A stretch of 64,000 nucleotides of DNA from the NCBI GenBank assembly GCA_964343705.1, contig CAYFJX010000008.1:447-64446 (forward strand). Direction: 5' to 3'. The stretch is from an uncultured Methanosarcinales archaeon (lineage in GTDB: Archaea > Nanobdellota > Nanobdellia > Woesearchaeales > UBA12501). The notes under the pieces were generated by a model. The model was not told where the DNA came from. It searched no databases and saw only the letters and a list, made by a program, of their open reading frames with translations. This document shows, in pieces, positions 38,401 through 44,704 of the stretch (position 1 is the stretch's first letter; every line of letters starts with the position of its first letter). A program made the position numbers and the translations under genes.

Positions 38401-40542
38401 TGAAATACCTGCAATCTCTTCAATTATAAGACGACGTTCTTCAGGAGGCATTTCTACAAAACGTACAATATCCCCTTGCAGGATTACATTGTAACCATTG
38501 GGGTTAATTCTAGCAAGAGAAAGAAGTTCTAGAATTTGTTGTCGTGTTCGCGTTTCATTATTAATCTTGTAAACACTATTTCCTTTTGGCTTTACAATAC
38601 GTGAGATTTTAACTTCATCTTCTTCTGTAGGAAAAATCTTTTTTTTGTTATCAAAGAAGATTGATACTTCCCCACTTTTTGCTGGTTTTTTTGATTTACC
38701 ACCATTATAGATGAGATTAGCAGATTTTTCTGTTCGTAATGCTTTTGCAGAACTTTTCCCAAGTACAAAACAGAGAGCGTCCAGGACATTACTATTATGA
38801 ACAAAGAAATTATTAGCAACAAAATTATGATCATTTTCTACGCAAAGATCATACACCCATTTTTCTTTAGATTGCATGCTTTCTAGTTCTACAATTTCAT
38901 CCCAGTAGATATCTGATGTTGAAATCGCTTGTAAGACAGAAAGGGTTTGCGATTGTACTCCTGTTAGTGTTGCAGTAGGTGTGAATAGTTGACTCATAAG
39001 CTGTTGAACACCTGACCGGCTAGGCAAACATTGATTATAACAGTACGCATCAAGTTTTGCAAATGTCTTCTTAGTTCTTTTAATATTAATTCTTAATTCA
39101 TGTGTTGCTTGTTTAATAAGAGCATTTACTTCAAGCAGATCAAGATTGGGATTAGTTTTTTTAGATTGTAAGTTTTCCAAGCGTTCTTGTTTTTTAGGGT
39201 GAGTAAACTGAACAAAGGAGTGAAATAATTTAAAGTTATCAACACCTGTTACAGTTATATGTTCATATTTCCCTGAGTAACCACTATTTGTTGCAATCTT
39301 AATAATGTCTTTTGATCTAAAGAGGATCCCTAAACGAAGAAGGATTGTTTTTATTCCTTGAGCAAGTTTTTTGCTCTTTGTTGTAATCTCAATGGAACTT
39401 TGAGAAACATATCCATCACCAGAATAAAGACCATCGAGTAGTGCACCAAGCTCTTCGGGACTACTGTGAGTTAAGAAAAGGTCAGTTATCTTCTTGTTTC
39501 CTGTTGCACCCAATGACATACCTAATTTGTGTAAAATAATTTGGGCAGGAATAGAGTAAGCCAGCACATCCCAACATCTTGATTTATATTCATTTACTGT
39601 TGCTCGCAAGTCAAAAACATCTTGAATAAGACTGTGATAGTCTGCAACTACTTCCTCACAGCCATTTGTAAACCAGATCTGGTTAGAGTTAGTAAGACGA
39701 CCTTCTGCAAGAAGATAGCCTAACAAGCGAGCAACTGAAGGACTATTTTTCCAGGGCATCTTGTAGGTTATCCTACTTGTTTTTGCTTTTATTCGAGGTA
39801 TAAGTGTCATGATGACATCATTGTCAAGACCTGCTTTCCTAAGGATTTTTACAAGATGAGCAAAGTTAATTGATTGCTCATCACAAAGACCTTTAAGAAC
39901 ATAAAAAGATATATCAAGCTCCTGTGCAAGCTGCTTTAGGGTTTTATTCTGTTTTATTCTCCCTAAAATTTCTTTAAATTTTGGATCGTAAGGAACATAG
40001 ATTCCATCTTCTGCAGTTATCTTATCAAGTAACTCATAGAATATTTTTGTCTTTGGTTGGACTGGCATTGAACGAGGTACAGCAACACGAACACCTTCTT
40101 GTAATTCGTCAGCTCGAATACTTTTAATTTTTGTTCCATCCATAACAAACAGAGGATGATATTCTGTTGCAGTAATTTCCCGTCCTGAACGTGTTCGTAT
40201 TCGCACTAATTTCTTGGGAGAAGTTCTTTTTACAAAGGATTGTACATGTCGAACCTTTGTCTTTAATGTTTCTGTATCTAAACAAAGTATTTTTACATCC
40301 CCCCCAAGAGCTAGTTCACCATCATCAATTGTTTGAGCACCTAACTTTTTGATATTGTTTTCAACTAGTTTTTGTATTTCAATTGAGGATCCATCAGCTA
40401 GTTGGACCTTAGTGTCACCAACCACACATTTTCCAGAACCATTTGGACCAAGGATAATATTGAATTTATCGCCAAATGGCATCTCGGTTCGCTTGGCAAA
40501 TGATTTGAAACCATGCATCAATATTTTGTTGATTTTTGTCAT
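35413..40542 (-). CDS. smc: SMC chromosome-segregation ATPase interrupted by an intein
   Basis: N-terminal FKSF...LGPNGSGK / SNVLDALCFVLG split Walker A, about 350+350 aa coiled coils, hinge (GIHGTVSELG..), C-terminal LSGGEKTLTALAFIFAIQ signature and FYVLDEVDAALD Walker B. The extein totals 1164 aa. Confidence 0.95.
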   Translation of the reverse strand: MTKINKILMHGFKSFAKRTEMPFGDKFNIILGPNGSGKCVVGDTKVQLADGSSIEIQKLVENNIKKLGAQTIDDGELALGGDVKILCLDTETLKTKVRHVQSFVKRTSPKKLVRIRTRSGREITATEYHPLFVMDGTKIKSIRADELQEGVRVAVPRSMPVQPKTKIFYELLDKITAEDGIYVPYDPKFKEILGRIKQNKTLKQLAQELDISFYVLKGLCDEQSINFAHLVKILRKAGLDNDVIMTLIPRIKAKTSRITYKMPWKNSPSVARLLGYLLAEGRLTNSNQIWFTNGCEEVVADYHSLIQDVFDLRATVNEYKSRCWDVLAYSIPAQIILHKLGMSLGATGNKKITDLFLTHSSPEELGALLDGLYSGDGYVSQSSIEITTKSKKLAQGIKTILLRLGILFRSKDIIKIATNSGYSGKYEHITVTGVDNFKLFHSFVQFTHPKKQERLENLQSKKTNPNLDLLEVNALIKQATHELRINIKRTKKTFAKLDAYCYNQCLPSRSGVQQLMSQLFTPTATLTGVQSQTLSVLQAISTSDIYWDEIVELESMQSKEKWVYDLCVENDHNFVANNFFVHNSNVLDALCFVLGKSSAKALRTEKSANLIYNGGKSKKPAKSGEVSIFFDNKKKIFPTEEDEVKISRIVKPKGNSVYKINNETRTRQQILELLSLARINPNGYNVILQGDIVRFVEMPPEERRLIIEEIAGISVYEEKKQKAVNELNKVEEKLKESGIVLKERKTHLQELGKEKEQAQKYNDLTHKIKVNKASLLHATMVDKKTEKEKLSKVSGQTKQQLEEKQNRVLESKEKIKGFGEEISGINKQVEERGEKGQVEIHKEVEKLKVDIASSKNRVEAVKNEISKIKQRKVQLRENHDELGSKIKKHEENKKELQAQLAAKQKLRGVIEQKIADFKKKNKLDNVGDIEKQVDELDKEAEQKQKAMLELRQKQQELLREKDKIEFQIQSIDEKIQKVLEVEKENQAQVKELKQKKEEFKKSTLELSKLINHDSNLCAQLDTARGKRATSSEQLGKLRAQNLSIQEVLGRDLGLKKILEQKQKGSIQGIHGTVSELGTAESKYSKALEIAAGSKLKSVVVDSDKTAVQCIKFLKENKFGVASFVPMNKIRGAAPAQGIAELKKANGVHGLAIDLLQFNPKYKTVFSHVFGNTLVVDSIDVARRIGVGKVKMVSLDGDLSELSGVMQGGYRKRLGIGFQQKEVTSDIEKYEKILQDAELLISRIDKERKDLEQNIARLRQFKADLEGDIIKLEKVLNIDAADTEANRKVRKELEKALEESEKDIRKVEDDIQEQNRTLAQNRIKKQEMRNKIVELRNPSLIAELNAFEEKRKQSMEEGLQRESDLKNLDAQMDTILRPELENILKIIKQHDKEEEDFKEELAALDKLMQDKGVELKQKETAQQKFHAQFKELFAKRGKLDESIKKETSKMEEVGEQVRKIELRLNTSSIELSRVNAEIAGLEHEYKDYEGIEIVKKPAAELRKQIGIWEGVVTKLGAVNMKALEIYTSIEKEYASLVQKKEKLIVEKEDVLLMMNEIETKKKNLFMKTFDIVNNNFKVLFSAISTKGDASIVLENPESPFDGGLMIKVRLSGKRFLDIRSLSGGEKTLTALAFIFAIQEHEPASFYVLDEVDAALDKRNSERFAQLIRKYTGNAQYVVITHNDAVIAEADRLYGVSMNEHGVSQVTSLKV
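38794..40428 (-). mobile_element. 545-aa intein with LAGLIDADG homing-endonuclease domain, inserted after GPNGSGK of SMC
   Basis: Starts CVVGDTKVQLADGS (block A); TATEYHP (block B); LAGLIDADG motifs LLGYLLAEGRL and LLDGLYSGDGYV; ends VYDLCVENDHNFVANNFFVHN followed by Ser +1. Confidence 0.9.
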
Positions 40543-40730
40543 AACAATCGCCTAAAAAACAGAAGTTATTTTGTGTCCCAACCCCTTTTTTGTGATGTCT
40601 TGTGCCTCATTCAAGAAGAAAAACTGTGAGAAGTCATATATAAAGGTAGCGTTTTTAAAATCACTTCGAGAAAAATAGAAATATTTATATACTCAGCTAC
40701 CTAGGTATTAAAAAGAGCATACTAAAAATA

Positions 40731-41261
40731 ATGTTCAATAGAGGTGACGAGATGGCTGATGATACAAACAAATACCTGCTTTCTATAGTTGCTGTTGTAG
40801 CCCTTACTGGTTTATTCTTGTTATTCATGCAAGGAGCTGAAGTTCCAGGAACAGAAGCTGCTACAGGTCTAGCAGTAGGATACAGCCCAGAATTTGGCGA
40901 AATTCCCAGCTTTGACGAGCAAGGTAATAAGATTTGTACAGGACGCGTACGAGGAGATAAAATCATTCCTGATTACATCAACGGATGTCAAGGTCCACAT
41001 TTAAAAATAAGAGACTGGAACAACCTACCTCCTGCAGTAAAAGCGTACTACAACAAAAAGCGTGTTGCTTACCGTCTAGTTGCACATGGTAACCCAGCAT
41101 ATGACTGGCCTGAACAAGCAGATGGTGACCTGCGAACTCTAAAAGCAGACCCTAGAATTGGCGGATCAGGATTACCAGACTCACCACCACCTAATGAAGT
41201 TGAAGTGGTTGAAGTTCTTGGTGCAGCACAACTTGGACGATCAGTATCAACACTGGTTTAA
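40731..41261 (+). CDS. 176-aa secreted protein with TM + ATGLAV N-terminal motif
   Basis: TM LLSIVAVVALTGLFLLFM, then EAATGLAVGYSPE. TTTATATA box about 40 nt upstream. No recognised domain. Confidence 0.6.
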   Translation: MFNRGDEMADDTNKYLLSIVAVVALTGLFLLFMQGAEVPGTEAATGLAVGYSPEFGEIPSFDEQGNKICTGRVRGDKIIPDYINGCQGPHLKIRDWNNLPPAVKAYYNKKRVAYRLVAHGNPAYDWPEQADGDLRTLKADPRIGGSGLPDSPPPNEVEVVEVLGAAQLGRSVSTLV

Positions 41262-41298
41262 AATTTTCTTTTTTTATTCTCTTTTTTTTAAGGATTCT

Positions 41299-41434
41299 AT
41301 TTAGAAATCTGAAAAAGGACACTAACAACCAAGTGGGCTTTTAAGATTGCACTTCCAAGATGTACTCTGACTGAAAGGAAGAGTACGGCCACATTTTGTC
41401 TCTTTTGTGTTAACAAAAGAGATTTAGAAATCTG
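41299..41434 (-). mobile_element. 110-nt hairpin element flanked by a 13-bp direct duplication (ATTTAGAAATCTG) at the rnhB stop codon
   Basis: Repeats at 41299-41311 and 41422-41434; the insert is homologous to 17807-17913. Confidence 0.55.
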
Positions 41435-42086
41435 CAAGACTCTTTTGATCTTTCTTTGCCTTTTGTTTAGTGTATGACGACCAGCTTTTACGCATGATAT
41501 GAGGATATTCTTCAAAGTGATCCTCAACAAACGATTTAGTTAAGGGATCTGCTGCGTAACCACTCCCAAAATTAATACCTACCTGGGCTTTTATCTTCTC
41601 TATTTCCTCATCCCGAACAACTTTTGCAATAATAGATGCCGCAGCCACAACAACATGATTAACATCAGCCTTGTGTTCTGCAATAACTTCTGTCTTCTTT
41701 GCATCCCCTTCAAGCTTGTTTACTACATATTCTTTGTAGGCTCTCACATTTGGACTGGGACAGTCGAGAATCACCTTGTCAGGCTTTAATTCATTGACAA
41801 ATTGGGCTGATTTCATTGCTTCAAGCCAGTTAAGATTAATGCTTGAAGACAAAACAGCTGCGTCCACCTCTTCTGGAGGAATAATAAGAACTCTGAAACT
41901 GTGAGCAAGCTTTCGAATTGTTGAACTAAGATTTTTTCGTTTAGCAGGCGTAAGCAATTTAGAATCTTTGACACCTGCTTTTTTAAGTTTAGCCTCGTCT
42001 TTTTCATCAATAACAACAGCAACCATGACTAAGGGCCCAATTACAGGACCACGACCAGCTTCTTCAACGCCACAGACAAGTGCCAT
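41424..42086 (-). CDS. rnhB: ribonuclease HII
   Basis: 220 aa from MALVCGVEEAGRGPVIGPLV (DEAGRG-type active site) and later GSGYAAD. The 34 upstream codons of the track ORF are unlike RNase HII. Confidence 0.9.
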   Translation of the reverse strand: MALVCGVEEAGRGPVIGPLVMVAVVIDEKDEAKLKKAGVKDSKLLTPAKRKNLSSTIRKLAHSFRVLIIPPEEVDAAVLSSSINLNWLEAMKSAQFVNELKPDKVILDCPSPNVRAYKEYVVNKLEGDAKKTEVIAEHKADVNHVVVAAASIIAKVVRDEEIEKIKAQVGINFGSGYAADPLTKSFVEDHFEEYPHIMRKSWSSYTKQKAKKDQKSLADF

Positions 42087-42166
42087 AGTGTTAACACTAA
42101 GAAGTCTGTTTATATAGTTTATTCTTTTACAGGCTTGGCATTGTTTGTCTTTCTGAGGGATAGTGC

Positions 42167-42269
42167 AGCCTTGGAGTCTTTTCGCCAAAACGCCGATTCA
42201 TGCAGGCGTTTTGGCATTAAAACTGTCAGCTGGACGCTGACAGCCCTTACTCCGCTGCACTATCCCTCC
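42167..42269. other. 103-nt element closed by a perfect 15-bp inverted repeat, with two internal perfect hairpins
   Basis: GAGGGATAGTGCAGC ... GCTGCACTATCCCTC; internal stems CCAAAACGCC/GGCGTTTTGG and CTGTCAGC/GCTGACAG; lies between divergent rnhB and 42358. Confidence 0.5.
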
Positions 42270-42357
42270 TGCACTAAAGAAAAAGACAAAACACACACTT
42301 TCCTTACACAAAATTTAAAAATCTGGATACTAATAGAGTCTTTGGTGAGGTGGACAC

Positions 42358-42762
42358 ATGGAACAGATACAATACACTGGATTAGACAATATTGAAGAAG
42401 GACAACGACGAACACTTGACAAGCTTTCTGCAGAGTATTATGATAAGATTCAAAGAAGCTTGCAAAATATGACATCGCTACAAATCCATATCAAGACCTA
42501 CAAAAAGCAAGGAAAGCCAAAATATTCCATCCATGTAAAAGCTGTTGCACCAACTAAAATTTTTGTTTCTACTAAAGCACATGATTGGCACTTCAACAAC
42601 TGCCTTCACATGGCGTTTAAAGATATTCAAGCTCAAATCAACCACAGACTTCATTCTGACGACCAGAAACCTAAAGGGATTTACAAGCGTTCTGGGAAGC
42701 CAATGACACCTGCGTTTGCACAACGGATTGGTTTGCGGATTAAGAATATGTTTAGGCGTTGA
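42358..42762 (+). CDS. small basic protein, possibly ribosome hibernation factor (HPF/RaiA)-like
   Basis: 134 aa; beta-alpha-beta-beta-beta-alpha-like pattern (KYSIHVKAVAPTKIFVSTKAHDWHFNNCLHMAFKDIQAQINHRLH) reminiscent of HPF/YfiA. Assignment is tentative. Confidence 0.4.
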   Translation: MEQIQYTGLDNIEEGQRRTLDKLSAEYYDKIQRSLQNMTSLQIHIKTYKKQGKPKYSIHVKAVAPTKIFVSTKAHDWHFNNCLHMAFKDIQAQINHRLHSDDQKPKGIYKRSGKPMTPAFAQRIGLRIKNMFRR

Positions 42763-42783
42763 TAGTAGTTCTAAAGAAAAATA

Positions 42784-42903
42784 TAGCGGAGGGAGGATTT
42801 GAACCTCCGACCTCAGGGTGTCCAAGATAACAGATGCCATCATATGAGCCTTCCGCAGCCTTTAACAGGCTTCTGCGGGCACTCCTGGCTGCCCTACCCC
42901 GCT
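42784..42903 (-). tRNA. initiator tRNA-Met(CAU) with two introns (about 22 nt in the anticodon stem 5' strand, about 23 nt after position 37)
   Basis: AGCGGGG...CTCCGCT-A acceptor (A1:U72). Spliced anticodon arm CAGGG-CTCATAA-CCCTG has the three G:C pairs of initiators. T-arm GGAGG-TTCAAAT-CCTCC. Introns are at about 42851-42872 and about 42820-42842. Mature length 75 nt. Confidence 0.8.
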
Positions 42904-42962
42904 ATAATATTCTTGTCAGAAAAAGATTTACTTTATAAATGTTCCTGTTTAAAAAAATAATA

Positions 42963-43595
42963 ATGAGTAAAGAGCTTGAAGATGAAAAATATGCTGAGAT
43001 TTCAGGAATTCTCTTAGGAGATGGTTGCATTACTCTTAAAGAGAACAATCCCAAATCAATAAATCGACTAAAAATCAGTCTAAATTCAGTTGATGACCTT
43101 GCTTACATTTACCATGTGAAAAAGTTACTGCAAGACACATGTGGAGAAGAAGCAAAAGTAAAAAATAGAAAGAATGAGAACACAACAGATATAATGATTT
43201 TTAAGAAAAAAGTAGTCTTATTTTTTATACAAGAGTTAGGGTTGCAGATTTCACCCAAATGGGAACGAGCTATTATCCCTGAAAGGTTCATGCAAGAAAA
43301 ACTTGATTTAAAAGTTTTACAAGGATATTTTGACACAGATGGTTGTTTAGTTACTGCAAATAACAATGGAACTATCTACCCTCGATTAGAAATGAAAGTA
43401 TGTCCCTCCCCCATGCAAAAACAGTTTATAGAAATACTGAAAAAATATGATTTTAGGTTTGGTGTTTATGAAATAGGAAATGGAGAAGTTAGAATCCAAT
43501 TGAATGGTAAAGAACAGTTAAGAAAATGGATTGGACTAGTTGGATTTAATAATAAAAAGCATAGTGAAAAAATAAAACGTTTTAATCTAAACTGA
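42963..43595 (+). CDS. free-standing LAGLIDADG homing endonuclease-like protein
   Basis: 210 aa from MSKELEDEKY; motifs ISGILLGDGCI and LQGYFDTDGCL. TTTATAAA box about 28 nt upstream of this ATG, so possibly leaderless. Confidence 0.8.
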   Translation: MSKELEDEKYAEISGILLGDGCITLKENNPKSINRLKISLNSVDDLAYIYHVKKLLQDTCGEEAKVKNRKNENTTDIMIFKKKVVLFFIQELGLQISPKWERAIIPERFMQEKLDLKVLQGYFDTDGCLVTANNNGTIYPRLEMKVCPSPMQKQFIEILKKYDFRFGVYEIGNGEVRIQLNGKEQLRKWIGLVGFNNKKHSEKIKRFNLN

Positions 43596-43605
43596 CTATA
43601 CTTCC

Positions 43606-44703
43606 TCAAGCAGCAGGGTTCTTTGGATCAACTGCTTCTTTGTGACCTGGATGTGAGTCATGCTCTGGTTTGTGCTGGGGCTGTTGTTGCTGACCTGCTT
43701 GACCAGATTCCAATTCTTTGTGCGCTTGATCAATAACTTTGTGATCTATCCCTTGGTTTCGTAAGTGTGCAGTTATCTGCTGCTTGCTATGCCCAAGTTT
43801 ACTATATTGATCAATGTACGTTTTGATATGACCGCTTGAGAATTGTGTTGATTTTGTCATGCTACATGGAGTGTGATTCTTACTTTGATGATGTGCAAAG
43901 AAAATGCCTCCACCAATAACAACAACTGCTCCTATAACAAGTAAAATAATCATCCATAAACTTGATCCTTCTTCACTTGATGGCTGCTCGTATGCTTGCC
44001 CAGTTGCTGGAGCTGCAGACGGTGCTGGTTGTGCTGCTGGCTGTTCATATGCTGGCTCAGGAGCAGCAGGTTCTTCATAAGATTCTTCTTCATACACTGG
44101 CTCTGCAGGCGGAGGAGTGTACGGTGCTGGTGCTGCAGGAGGTGGCGTGTATGGTGCTGCAGCTGGTGTAGGTGCAGGAGGAACATAAGGTGCTGCAGGC
44201 GGAGGAGAGTAAGCTTCAGGCTCTTCATACTCTTCTTCTGGTTCTTCATATGCTGGTTCTTGTGCTTCAAACACTGGCTCTGGCGCAGGTGGAGGAGCTG
44301 CGCCACCCACTGTTAGTGTTGTGTCCCCACCAATATCTTGTTGACCACTTTGCATTGTTGCTTTACCTTCAAAAGTAAATGTGCCTGATGCGCCAGCAGG
44401 AATTTTCACTGTGTAGGTAAAATCTGTTGATTCTACTGTACCTGTTAAGCCATCAATAAGTGCTTTTCGAAGATTATTTTTGTCGTTGAGTTTTCCATCT
44501 TCATACATTTCTAGTCCTTCTGGGACAACTTCGTTAAGAAGCAGTGATTGTTCTGATCCTTCTTCAACAAATGATAGTGTTACGGTGATTTCATCTCCAG
44601 GCATTGCTTCTGTTGATGAGAGTGATCGAGTCATAGAGGAAGCTGCCAACACACTTTGTAAACAAAGTATAAATACAATACTAATTATGAGTGTTTTTTT
44701 CAT
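43606..44703 (-). CDS. 365-aa surface protein: signal peptide, one beta-sandwich module, Pro/Ala/Glu/Tyr stalk, TM anchor, cytoplasmic helical tail
   Basis: SP MKKTLIISIVFILCLQSVLA. Module MTRSLSS..GDEITVTLSF..SLLLNEVVPEGLEMY..ALIDGLTGTVEST..MQSGQQDIGGDTTLTV. TM LWMIILLVIGAVVVIGGGIFF. Tail IKTYIDQYSKLGHSKQQITAHLRNQGIDHKVIDQAHKEL. Confidence 0.85.
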   Translation of the reverse strand: MKKTLIISIVFILCLQSVLAASSMTRSLSSTEAMPGDEITVTLSFVEEGSEQSLLLNEVVPEGLEMYEDGKLNDKNNLRKALIDGLTGTVESTDFTYTVKIPAGASGTFTFEGKATMQSGQQDIGGDTTLTVGGAAPPPAPEPVFEAQEPAYEEPEEEYEEPEAYSPPPAAPYVPPAPTPAAAPYTPPPAAPAPYTPPPAEPVYEEESYEEPAAPEPAYEQPAAQPAPSAAPATGQAYEQPSSEEGSSLWMIILLVIGAVVVIGGGIFFAHHQSKNHTPCSMTKSTQFSSGHIKTYIDQYSKLGHSKQQITAHLRNQGIDHKVIDQAHKELESGQAGQQQQPQHKPEHDSHPGHKEAVDPKNPAA

Positions 44704-44704
44704 G

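Noticed and set aside
35660-40555. About 15 plus-strand or off-frame ORFs inside smc (Ser/Phe/Leu-rich, 60-174 aa)
   Set aside because: They are antisense readings of the Lys/Glu-rich coiled coil. No starts or SDs, and the smc frame is unambiguous.
42087-42188. 34-codon N-terminal extension of rnhB containing a CxxC-like QCQAC
   Set aside because: RNase HII homology begins at MALVCGVEEAGRG. The extension overlaps the structured element region and has no SD.
42167-42269. 5S rRNA or a tRNA as the identity of the three-stem element
   Set aside because: 5S-conserved loop sequences (such as CCGAAC..GAAGTTAAGC) are absent and there is no cloverleaf with T-loop GTTC(A/G)A. The stems are too perfect and the length is wrong.
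42478-42843. 121-aa minus-strand ORF
   Set aside because: It is antisense to the HPF-like gene and runs into the tRNAi-Met gene. No SD or promoter.
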